From Anthoceros angustus (Eukaryota > Plantae > Anthocerotophyta), in assembly GCA_010909165.1 (NCBI GenBank), contig MU008197.1:248001-312000 (forward strand): a stretch of DNA of 64,000 nt, read 5' to 3'. A program made the position numbers and the translations under genes. Below are positions 10,439-21,910 of this stretch, piece by piece. Within the stretch, counting starts at the first letter, position 1. Each line of letters begins with the position of its first letter. The notes below the pieces were generated by a model. It was not told the origin of the DNA. It was given only the letters and a program-made list of their open reading frames with translations, and made no database searches.

Positions 10439-10975
10439 AAGTCGCATTGTGCCACCAGGTAGAACCAATATGCAGGAAAAGTGGCCTTGGGCATGTGAAG
10501 TGGAAGAGTACATGAGTAAATGACTGTGGTGCAACGACATGTGGCGAGTGGACCAATTGCAGTAAGTGGCATTGTGCACACAGTGGAACAAATGTGAAAA
10601 ATGACATTGGGCACAGTGAAGTGGAAGATGCACGAGTAAATGACGAGGGTGCAACGCACATGTGGCAGTGGACGGTGCAGGCAAAGTGGCATTGTGCACC
10701 ACAGGTGGAACAAATGTGCGGAAAATGACATTGGGCACGAAGTGGAAGATGACAGCAAATGGCAGTTACAGCGCATGTGGCAGAGTGGACGAGTGCGAGC
10801 AAAGTGGCATTGTGTGCAGGTGGAACAAATGTGCAGGAAAATGACATTGGGCACGGGAAGTGGAAGATGACACAAAGCAATGATCGGTGCAACGCACATG
10901 TGGCAGTGGACGAGTGCGGTGGCCTTGTACACCAGGTGGAACAAGCTGAGATAAAGCGACATTGGGCACCAAGCG
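10439..10975. repeat. Minisatellite, about 120-bp unit x4.5
   Basis: AAGTGGCATTGTG..CAGGTGGAACAAATGTG..AAAATGACATTGGGCAC..AAGTGGAAGA recurs at about 10439, 10564, 10683, 10802 and 10920. Confidence 0.9.
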
Positions 10976-11249
10976 GATGAGAAACAAACAAGCACATGAC
11001 TAGGGTGCGGCATGTCGCTCAACCAAGTCAGTGCGGCCGGGGATAAGCTAGTGCATGGTGCACTTCACATGAGCCTACACTATGTCAAATAGGTTGACGA
11101 CAAGGAGGGCCATCACAGGTGCTCCTTAGAGGATACTAGGTAGTCTAGAGGGACTTAGCGACCGAATGCGGAGCAGGAAGATCGTCGCATGTTAGACAAC
11201 CTTGGAGACAAAATAAAAACAAGCACATCCTACCATGAGGTGGCTGCTC

Positions 11250-11990
11250 TCATGTATTGGGCTTCCCTACAATGAGTAGGGGCTCTTCCTCCTTGACTCC
11301 TGCAGCCTTCACCGCCTCGCCCGCTTTCCTCTCGTATTTCTCGTTTCTTATTCCTTCCGGATTGGGTCTTCTCGTGAAACACCTCCAGTTCACCTCAACG
11401 CGACAAGTTTCTCAGCGCAATCCCAAGGGCCATAAGCCTAGGGATCCGCTTCTCCCCAAGGGCCTCAACTCGTACATGCCATAAAAAGATCATCAATTTC
11501 CCTCCATTCTTCTTGACGAGGGCAGCGGTTCCGCCAACCATGCCCCTCGTTAAAAGCGGGGGCCAAAAGCTTCTCCACCTCCTCATTCCCCAACATTTCC
11601 CTCAGTCCATTTACGAGCCCCAAGTCTTTGACATCCACCCAGCTAGCGGATCACGCCATCCGCCTCCATGTCCATCTTGCCATGGGCTCTTTCGCTCCAT
11701 ATTCCCTCGAGCGCTCTCTTTGTTCTTTGCTCTCCTTCCCTTCCGGCCCGCTCACGCCCCTACTTTTGGATTCCATGGATCGCCACTTTGCGCTTGGGCA
11801 CCTCGGTGAGGTCGCTTCCACCTCACCTCGGTCTCGTCCTCTCTGCCCGGAGCTCCCCTCCAGTGTGGTCTTCCACATCTGGCGTCCTCGCTTTCTTCAA
11901 GCTCGGACGTCGCCTTAGATGAATTCCCTCTGCACACACAACCCACATCAAGGACCACTGTTAAGTTACATGGAAAGCACGGTTAGGCAG
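11250..11990 (-). pseudogene. Remnant of the LTR-associated accessory ORF
   Basis: Minus frame LLAPAFNEGHGWRNRCPRQEEWRKLMIF parallels WSQGNGWRISLFKERKWNLFAKIW in the family A LTRs. Confidence 0.45.
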
Positions 11991-12369
11991 ACAGCGAGCA
12001 CCATCCACATCTGCAGCATGAAAAGCACTCTATGAACATAGTTTCGGTTGCAAGGTACCTTGTTGCCATGCTTCCTTCAGGCCGAGCTTTTTGGCGCACG
12101 GCCTGTTTCAAGACATGCATATGGCGTTCGAAGGGGTAAGGGCAGCACGCGAAGGAAGAGCAAGGTGGCTACCATCCTCGGCCACCACCGATTAGAACGG
12201 ATGCGGAGGCGCGGCCGAGAACGGTGCCGTGAGGCCGAGACCGTTCTAGCCGTCGCGACGCTCGCTTCGGCGTGAGGGGCGGTCGGGGCCGAGACGCGCC
12301 TAACTCGACTGCATCGAGGCGGAGCCGAGGTCCGTGAACTTGTTTAGGCGGTGCCTATACCACCCGGCT

Positions 12370-14400
12370 TATATGTCATTTCTCTCTCTCTTACGTAACT
12401 TCCTTCACTCGTATCATTTCGTTTTCAATCCTTTTACACAATAAAAGGATTATCATCCTTTCGTAATTAGGCTCTAATCAAAATAGTTTTGGTTAAATCA
12501 CACATATTCTATTGGAGTAGATGGAGTGTAATATGGTTACAGTCGTCTCTTGAATAGTACTTTTGAGCTGCTGATTGTATGGTCCGGATAAATGTATTAT
12601 CATTTGAATATTTCTCAGCGAGAATATTTCTGCAATTTAAACCATTATCGAATTCATATATAAAACTTATCTATTTTTTAACTTTAGTACTCACCTCAAA
12701 GAGTGAAAACAACTCGTTTTGATTCTCCGATAACTACAAACAAAAAGTAAAAGTAATTAGTCATTTACCTCCATTTCAATTCGGAGAAGATCTTTCTTTG
12801 CATATACCTTTTCGACAAGCGTTAAACACGTCTTTGAAGATTCCCCACATCATGGAAATGTGATCGTATGTTACGAAGAAACATAAACATTAGAATTTTT
12901 TGGAATGCAAGCGGATATTACCTTTCAAACGATGTACCTTTTGAATGTTTTAGTTGTCTGGTTCTTCCATGAGAGACAACAAGTCTGCTGCTTTCAACTC
13001 CTTATTTTCAATTGCTGCCCTATCTCGCATTCAATGCATACGAATTACATTACATAGAATTATATGTAATGAAAATAATAGTGAAAAGAGTTATCGTGAC
13101 TTACTTGCTTGGATCATCTGTCTTTCTTTCGAATGTTGGGTTGGACCCATCTTCATTCAAGATGGGTCACTTGTTTTTAGACTATGCTCCCAAAGTGCAA
13201 ATACTTATCTTTAAAGTCTTGAAAAGTGGTGGATATTGAAAATTGCTCATCCACTTTCCAAACTCGGTGAACTCAAGTGACGGCCCGTAAGTTGGTCCAT
13301 CCTCCTTGAAGTCATCAATTTTTCTCTTTTTGCACGATCAAAACCAAAATCATTAATTTCTTAAACCAAAATCATATTAATGCACATTATATACATTATA
13401 CATTTTGTATACGATTGGAGATGGCTGCGTTGTCAATGTTGTTGTCAATCTTATCGACTTTGTCCTTTATATTTTGCAAATTTTGTTTTCCGGCGTCAGC
13501 AATCCCATGTTATAAGCAAGCATGTGAAGACAAAAAGGTATGAATGTAATTTTAGATTACCTCGATTATTGCTGGATTGAACTTTGATATCCCTCCAACA
13601 TTGTTTGCATTGAAAATCGGTGTCCATTAAACCTTTCCACAAGTGTACGCTTCCCCAATTGAGTCGTTGTTCAAGGTTCTTTTGATATCCTGAGAGATAA
13701 ATTTAGGGTTAAGATTTTGGATTTGAGCATAATTAGATCAAGTTTATGAATTAAAGAAAAGTGCTTACCTTCTTTATCTTATTCAATGGCGGGCATCTAT
13801 AAAAGATGCTTGAGGTCTTGTTTGTCCATGACAGAGAACATTGTGTGCTCATGAGGCGCAACCACGGGTTTTGTTAGACTACGAGAACATACATGACTAA
13901 GCAATCATTTTCACGAATACCTTTTTCTACGATTTTCTTATCTCCGGTGGTGGTTCAAACTCTGCGTTAGCATATCCGGATCCCCATGGGTGGGAAGTAA
14001 TTTGTCGAGTTGCGCTCACGGTGGCATCATGTGGTTCTTGTCTGCGGGGTTGTGCAACAAGTATTAGTAAAAGTAAAGTAAGGTAAGAATCATAGTGAAT
14101 CAAAATCGAAAATATGTAGCAATCAAGTACCTTCTTGGATTTGAAAATCGTTATTGCTGCCGTTCTCGATTCCATCCGATTCCGCCAAAAGGCCATTAGA
14201 ATACCATGTGGAATGCCGTCCGTCTGAACATGAAATCGCGAAACAGCAACGGGTTGAGCAAGGGCAAATTACTTACGTTTACGATCAACGCTCCGGGTGC
14301 TTCACCCGAGCCAATTGTTTGTTCGCATCAAATGTTAAAAGCGTTAGCACCAATCCTTGAACTGAGCGATACAAAAAAGCGGCGGCGACTAAAGAAGATA
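12370..14400 (-). pseudogene. AT-rich multi-exon gene of unknown function
   Basis: Minus-strand open blocks (KKRKIDDFKEDGPTYGPSLEFTEFGKWMSNFQYPPLFKTLK; ISFIYEFDNGLNCRNILAEKYSNDNTFIRTIQSAAQKYYSRDDC) bounded by GTAAGT/GTGAGT/GTAAAT donors with short introns. Confidence 0.5.
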
Positions 14401-15518
14401 CAAAAGCGAAACATGCATAGATCACGATGGCAAGGTTCGACGATCGATGGGACAAAGAAACATGCGCATACAAGACTGAGCTACCGCAAACTTCGGCGTT
14501 TTCGACCTTCTTGCGTGTCGAAAAGCATATACAAACGTGCTCAAAAGCGTGAGCGAGCGTTGATGCATGCAAAAGCCGTCGAAGGGTCAAGGGGCGAGGC
14601 GAGAGGAAACACATCACTACAAAGAAAGACAACACGGCGAGGCGCAGAAGAAAAGAACCCGGCGAGTTGGGCGGGTGGACTAAGAAGATCGCATGGCGTA
14701 AGCGGCGTGCGTGAAGTGACAGTGGCGTCGTGGTGGTGGTGGCGTGGAGAAACACAGCTTGCGGCGTGGTGGTGGCGTGAGAGAACCAAGACACCAACAC
14801 GAGTGCGGTGTGGGTGTGATGGCGCTGTGAAGAAGAGTCGACAAGGTCGTGAGGAAAATCAATGGAAAAGGCAGCGATGTTCAAAGTGATGAGAGCAACA
14901 AAACCATGGACCTTCTTTGGTGCGAGCTCCTCGCAACGTTGTCCCCGCACACCAGGTGGTGGACGTGGCGTGAAGAGCTCTCCGCGGGCAGGCGTTAGAG
15001 GGCGGCGAGACCATGGTGAACTTCACGCTCCGGACGAGGCAAGACTGGCGGCGTTGTGTGAGGTGATGTTCGGAGAGGCTGCTTATGTAGTCCTTTTAGG
15101 GTTCCAAGGTTCGAGGGTCTGCGTGGCGATTTGGAGCCTGCGACCGTTCGCCTCTTAGAGCTTCGATTTTAGGTTTGGATGCATGGCTAGGTTTGGACTA
15201 GAATGACTAGGTTTGGTTGAGGGTGTGGCGGCGGGTCGAATGGCGAACCGAGGTTGGTTGGTGTCGGCTCGGAAGCTTAGGTTCGGCACTTTCAAATTAG
15301 GTCGGTAGAGAGTGGCGGTGGCAGCGAGAACGGTAGGGTTTGGTGGCCTATATAAGGCTCGTTGGATTGAAGTCTTTTCGTCTGATGGTTGGAGTCGAGG
15401 TTGCGTAGGCTGCGGTGTGTAGGGTTCTTTGGGTTGCATTGTGTTAGGTTTTGTCTTTTGTGCTGCGGATGGAGGCGAGGTTGCGTAGCTGCGGTTGTGT
15501 TGAGGCTCAATGTAGGGA

Positions 15519-16310
15519 AGGCCAAATTGTGTGTGTTCTTTGAAGTTGTATTTCAAGGCCAAGGCTCTTCATTTTCTTACGTTTGAAGTCCAAGGTTTTG
15601 AGGTACCGCTTTTGCGCACTCATAGTGTAGCCTTTTGTTTGTTCACATGTCGCGCCTTATTTGCTTGTTACGCTCGCTTTTGTGGTCTCCTCCAAGGCTT
15701 AGTGTTGAGTTCTAGTTTAGGCCATTGTTCTTTACGCTCTTCCAAGGCTAAGGCCTTTGTTCAAGGCCTAGGTGTTTCAGCTCTCGAAGGCTAAGTGTTT
15801 GTTCAAGTTTTCCGCTCTTGAAGGCCTTTGTTCAAGGTTCTTTTGTCGCTCCAGGCTCATGCCTTTTGGTGTTTGTTGCCAAGGTCTCTCGAAGTTTGTT
15901 TGAAGGCCAAATTGTGTGTGTTCTTTGAAGTTGTATTTCAAGGCCAAGGCTTTCATTTTCTTACGCTCAAGTCCAAGGTCTTGAGGTTTTTTGGCACTCA
16001 TAGTGTAGACCTCTGGTGTCGTTTGTTCTGTCGCGCCTTATTTGCTTCAAGGGCGGTGCTTCGGGCCTCAAGGCTTGGACGTGTTGAGTTCTAGTTCGCA
16101 GCCATTGTTCTTTACGCCTGCTTCAAGGCTAAGGCCTTCGTGTGCTGTCCTCAAGGCCTAGGTGTCGTGCCCGGCCCGGCTAAGTGTTTGTTCAAGTTTT
16201 CCGTGCTCGCCTTTAAGGCCTTTGTTCAAGGTTCTTGTGCTCGAAGGCTCATGCCTTTTTTGTTCGGTTGTTGGGCAAGGTCTCTCGAAGTTTGTTCAAG
16301 GCCAAGGCCA
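15519..16310. repeat. About 385-bp tandem unit x2, rich in AAGGC(C/T)
   Basis: AGGCCAAATTGTGTGTGTTCTTTGAAGTTGTATTTCAAGGCCAAGGCT at 15519 and 15904. Confidence 0.9.
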
Positions 16311-16499
16311 AAGTTTGTTCAAGGCCTAGGTGTTCGCTTTTGCGCTTTGTTTTGGTTCTTCAGGGTTTCCATGTCCGAAGGTCAAGGTGTCTCTGCACCT
16401 AACGTCCAGTTTTTTTCGTCCAAGGCCAAGGTGTTTGAAGGCGGTGTGTTCGCTTTAGGGTGAAGGCCTTTGCTCAATTCGGTTTCTTTTCGTTTATGT

Positions 16500-19170
16500 T
16501 TGTTGTTGTTTCTTGTTCTTTCCATTGTTGTTTTGGCTTCGCTTTGTTTTGTGCGGTTTGGTCTGATTGTCAGTGGCGTATGTTTTGGCTTCGCTTTGTG
16601 CGGTTTGGTCTTTGTTGTTTGATTGTTTTCGTATATGGTAAATGTCGTGTTTGTTATTCTTGTTCTTTAGGGAATGACTCTTTGCATGCATAGATGTTTT
16701 CGATTCTTGTCATTCGCCTTCGTTGTCTTTTGCGTTGTTTGATGTTCGTGTTTTGCCGCGTCCAAGGCCAAGGTGTTTTGGCACCGGGCCAGTGTTCGCT
16801 TTAGGGTGAAGCGCCGCCATGTGAATTCTTTTGCGCTTTATGTTGTTTCCGTTGTTCGCTTTCGTTCTTTCCATTGTTGTTTTGGCTTCGCTTTGTGCGG
16901 TTTGGTCTTTTCGATTGTCCCGTGGCCGTATGTTTTGGCCTCGGGTCTTTGTTGCGCTTGTATGTCGCCGTCTCAGATAGGTGTTTTGCTTATGCGCCTT
17001 TGTTCTTTTAGGGAATGACGCATGCATAGATGTTTTCGATTCTTGTCGCTACGCCTTCGCTGTTATTCTTGTTGCGTTGTTTTCGAGTGTTCGTGTTTTG
17101 CCGTGACGCCGCCTTTTGGTGTCCGCCGCTTTATGAAACGACCAGGTGTATTTTCGCTCATAGCTTTGAACTTTTTTGTTGCGCTAGGCTTAGATAAAGG
17201 TCAATGTCTTTTGTGGTGATTGTGCTCTTGTCGGTACCGTGCAGTATTCTGTAGTGTTCTTGTTTCTGTTTTGGTCTTTGTTTCATTGTCTTTTAACGAC
17301 CGGTAGTAACTCTCTTCGACTTAAAGCTTTCGAGGTTTTGTGGTTGCGCTTGGCTTAGTTTGTAAGGTCACCGCATGGTGATGATTTTACTCCTGCGTCT
17401 TCTTTGTTCATTGTCTTCTTACCATCTTGCTTTTTGATGCGATCAAGTTCTCCAAAATTTGAACTCTTAGTTCGCACGACGTGTCGTGAGCATACTTCAT
17501 TTGTGTCTAGTTTCACCGCTTTTATGCAATCGTTGTAGTCTTGTTCATTGTCTTCTTACCATCTTGCTTTGATGCGATCAAGTTTTCCAAAGTTGGACTC
17601 TCGGTTCGGCACCCAACTGTACGTTATTGACAACGCTTTGTTTTGTGGTTTTGGTTATTATTGTCCGTTTTGTTGAATTGTGGTTTTGGTTATTATTGTC
17701 GCTTCAATCCGTTCGTCTCATTCTTATTCTAAGGTTCTTGCTTTGATGCGGACAATCCTGGACGTATAAGCTTTTGTTCGGTGTAACTCGCATATGGTAT
17801 ATTTTAAATTTAAACTTGATGATTTCTCCTCATTGATAATTACCTCGTTGTCTTTTAACGTGTGTGAGTTCTCGTGAATAATCTAATTCTTTACTGTGTG
17901 TAGGCTTTATTGTTCATCGTGTGAAGGGTTGACCGCCAACATTCGATTACAGTGCATGCGAATCGGGATAACCATTTGCGAATTTGAAGTCATGATTAAA
18001 TCTCGTAGTTTGCGTTATCTGTTCTTGTTGTTTGTTGTTCGCTTTCGTTCTTTCCATTGTTGTTTTGGCTTCGCTTTGTGTTTTGGTCTCATGTGGCCGT
18101 ATGTTTTGGCTCGCCGGTCTTTGTTTGTTGTTTGTTTTCGTATGTCGTCTCAGATAGGTGTTTCGTTTATGCTTTTGTTCTTTTAGGGAATGACTCGCAT
18201 GCATAGATGTTTTCTCGATTCTTGTCTCATACGCCTTCGCTGTTATTCTTGTTGTTGTTTTCGAGTGTTCGTGTTTTGCCGTGACGCCTTGGTGTCTCGC
18301 TTTATGAAACGACCAGAAGAACTATTTTCTCATAGCTTTGAACTTTTTTGTTGCTAGGCTTAGATAAAGGTCATGCATGTCAGGTGATTGTGCTCAGTAC
18401 AGACTCGGTACGTGATTCTAGGAGTGTTTGTTGTTTGTTTTGGCTTCGCTTTGTGTTCGCTTTATGAAACGACCGTAGTAACTCTTCGACTTAGAGCTTG
18501 AGGTTTTGTGGTTGCTTGGCTTAGTTTGTAAGGTCACCGCATGGTGATGATTTTACTCCTCATCTTCTTGTTTCATTGTCTTCTTACCATCTTGCTTTTT
18601 GATGCTCAAGTTCTCCAAAATTTGAACTCTAGGCACTTGGTACGTAATCGACAGAGCAGATCGTTCATTGTCTAGTTTCACCCAGCTAATCGATGTAGTC
18701 TTGTTCATTGTCTTCTTACTATCCGCTCGCCCGATGCGTCAAGTTTTCCAAAGTTGGACTCTCGTTCGGCACCCAACTGTACGTTATTGACAACGCTTGT
18801 TAATGTGGTTTTGGTTATTATTGTCGTGCATTGTCGTGCTTCAACTGCTTTTGTCTCATTCTTATTCTAAGGTTCTTGCTTGATGCATAACTCGGACGTA
18901 TAAGCTTTTGTTAAAAACATATGGTATGTGAACCGATTTTAAACTTGATGATTTCTCCTCATTGATAATTACCTCGTTGTCTTTTAACGTACCTGTGAGT
19001 TCTCTGTGAATAATCTAATTCTTTACCTGTGTGTGTAGGCTTTATTGTTCATCGTGTGAAGGGTTGACCTGCCAACATTCTGATTCTGGTCTGTCTGTGA
19101 ATCAGGATCACCATTTCGCCTGAATTTGAAGTCATGATTGAATCTCGTAGTTTGCGTTGTCTGTTGCGCT
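16500..19170. repeat. About 1.15-1.2 kb tandem duplication plus a partial third copy
   Basis: TCTTTCCATTGTTGTTTTGGCTTCGCTTTGT at about 16515, 16865 and 18048; TTTAGGGAATGAC..GCATGCATAGATG at about 16666, 17006 and 18182; GAATTTGAAGTCATGATT at about 17981 and 19122. Confidence 0.9.
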
Positions 19171-19524
19171 GTTTGTGTACTGCGGATAACCTTATTTTTG
19201 TTTGTTTTTTTCCTCTTAAATCTAACTTGCCGACAAAGTCTTCTATTACAGGAAGTATGTGGGTGTTGTTTGAAAAGGAGTTATCTGTTCTCACTAACCA
19301 AAAGTGGAGGGATTTCAATATTTAACAATGTGTATATTCAATGAATGTGTGCCATATCCCCCATCCCTATCCTCGTCCTCGATTGTTTTATAATCAATTG
19401 TTAGACCCTTGACAGTTCCTATCTGGAAGTTCGAACACCATGTAAGTGCTTTATTTTGTCTTTTTGTCAACTTCCCGGGATGTTTGTGTTGTCAAGTTCC
19501 TTGACCACTCAATTGCTCTCGCAG

Positions 19525-21567
19525 ATGGCTCCTAAAAGAAAACCCGGGCTTTCTGGGCGGAAGAAAACAAGGATCTGGTCAAGTTATGGCCAAGCCATAT
19601 ACAAGGCAGTGTCAAATCCATGATTCGCATCGCAACTCATCCGCTGCGGGATGATGGTAAAGTTGATGGTGTCTTGGTGCACAATGAAGGAACTTAGTTC
19701 CCAAAAAGACTTGCCCAAACCGCCAAGGCGATTTTCATCCAAGAAGGACGCTCGGACGTGCGGTGAGTTTGTTCGAGAGGAGAAGGGTGGACACTGACTG
19801 TGGCTTTGGTTGAAGGTCCTCTTGCGAGATTACTAACTATGTCCCAAAGGTCTCGAGAGAGGGGTCCAGCTTTGTGGGGAGAATGATTTCTTGATAACCG
19901 ACGATCCCATGGTTGTGAGTCTTGCCAAAACACATGCGAGTCTAGAGATTTGTCTGCCGTTGAGCAGAATGCTTTCTGGTGGGCTTTTCCATTGTGGTTC
20001 CCGACCGAGTCATCCCCGATCAAGAAGTGCTTGATATGTTTGAGAGGCTAAAGTGTGATGATCCCAAGATGACTTTGCCATGGGTATGGAGGAAATTGAT
20101 GATGAAGCAATTTTCGAGAGCGGTTGACCCAATAGTCCCGAGGGAGTGAATGATGCGTTGAGTGGTGGGGAGGATAGGTCCAAACGCGTAATAACCGTGT
20201 CAAGTCGTCTCGGGGCCTTTATGAAAGTGAGTGGGGTCGGGATGGGATACTCTGTTGAGGATATTCCTTACAAGGATCTAAATCTTATTAATACCTTTTT
20301 CCATCAAGTTCGAATCGAAGGACAAGGAGATTTTCTCCGAAGCGTAAGTAGTGATGTTTTTGACTTGTTGATTTTGATAGTTCGACTTTCATTCACATGT
20401 GATTTTGATTCTCTCTTGTGCGTTGATGTCTTTCTTTCGTGGTTTTAACCGAATTTTAACAAGGAAGTGCATCTTGAACCAAAGCCGGCTTGGTTCGATG
20501 TTCGATGATCAACATGTTCCATGGAATTTTCCATGGGTCCCGGTATTGGTTGCGTCCATGAAAATCAAGGATCTAATTGTGTCATGTCGAAAAGAGGTGA
20601 AGTTGATTTCGGCGATGATGAGCGGCTTCTTTCACACGAGATCATCAATGCTCATTTGGGCGGGGCTCAAAAAGGTAATATTGTTGGTTTAGGGGTGCAC
20701 TTTGATTGTTCATTTATGGTTTTAAACCTGGAGGTCTGTCTCTATTGTTTGCAGGTGTGCATATTTTTGCATGACCAGGTTTGGAGTTCGAGGTGGTGAA
20801 GAGTTACATAACCTGCTCATCAGGGACTTCTCGTTCTCAGCAGATTCAGGAGGACCTTTTGTTCAGTATGTTTTGGTTGTTTTGTTCATTGTATCTTTGA
20901 CGTACTGGTATGTTTTGGTTGTTTTGATGTACTGTATTAAGCTCGCTTTTATTTGCAGGTATCAAGAACGGCTTTCGAAAAATTATAAAGTGGACATGAA
21001 GAATTACCAGAGTGAGCATTTCCGTCAAAAGGTCAAGATTTACGAGCAGGATGTTATCGAAACTTTTAGAGCTGTTATTGAACACTCTCCCAAGTGGTCT
21101 GCAAACGACAAAAATCTGTCAATTCAGGGGTTTTTGTTCAATTCAACAATTGATAACCCAAGATCAAATGTAAGTTTGTTGTTATTGGGCTTAAGTTTTG
21201 TGGTTTGTATTTACTAACTGCTTGTTTTTGGCTAGGCTTGGTATGCAAAACTCCGTGTTTCAAAAAGGAATGTTGTCAAGGTTCATGAAGACCATGGTGA
21301 ATTTGCTTTGGCTATTACACCAATAAGAATTATGTAACAATGATTACACGTTTGACGATGGCTCGGTGCCTTGATCTTTGGGAGAAGTGTGTGGCCATAA
21401 AGCAGATCTTTGGATTCTCAAGGTAATATGTTTTGAAAGCTTGTGACATTTGAGTCCTTTGTATGTTCCTTCCTGACGTTCTGATATGGTTTGCAGATAT
21501 GACCGGTCTGGTCAAGCCAAACAGGCAGCCGCAGCAAGAGTCCTTGTTCCTGGTGAACGGCGATCCT
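19525..21567 (+). pseudogene. Spliced gene of unknown function starting MAPKRKP, 5' part (interrupted by LTR element A)
   Basis: Intron 19441-19524 (GTAAGT...GCAG) followed by ATGGCTCCTAAAAGAAAACCC; long open blocks (20146-20448, 20959-21170) and further GT-AG introns. Confidence 0.55.
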
Positions 21568-21910
21568 TGTGGAACGAAGAATTTTGGTCACCCAAGACGC
21601 GGCAGGAGAGACTGACGCGAAGGATGAATAGCTGTGGTTCAGGCAGGTAGGTAGTAGGTAGGTCGATAGAAACAGGTAGGAAGATGGTAGGACGTCCGAG
21701 GGGAGTTCGGGACTTAACTGAATCGGCGTACCCGTAGGAGGTTCGATCGGGTAGAAAGTATGGGTAGATAGAAGCATATATAGGCATGATAGGTTCCAAA
21801 GTTCCTTGGACCATGGGGAGTAGGAATATTCGGGATAGGAAGTTCCTTGGCCTTCAATTATTTAGGTTCTAGGCTGGCTATATATGCCAAAAGGGCTAGT
21901 TAAGTTGTAG

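Noticed and set aside
10439-10975. CRISPR-like appearance of this array and those at 40.0 and 50.9 kb
   Set aside because: Units are contiguous degenerate tandem repeats without unique spacers; no cas genes; eukaryotic context.
10354-11022. Long Cys/His-rich ORFs (222 aa, 202 aa) resembling metal-binding proteins
   Set aside because: They are translations of the 120-bp minisatellite.
14206-15160. ORFs of 227 aa (+) and 221 aa (-)
   Set aside because: Low-complexity overlapping frames with no recognisable motif; probably chance ORFs.
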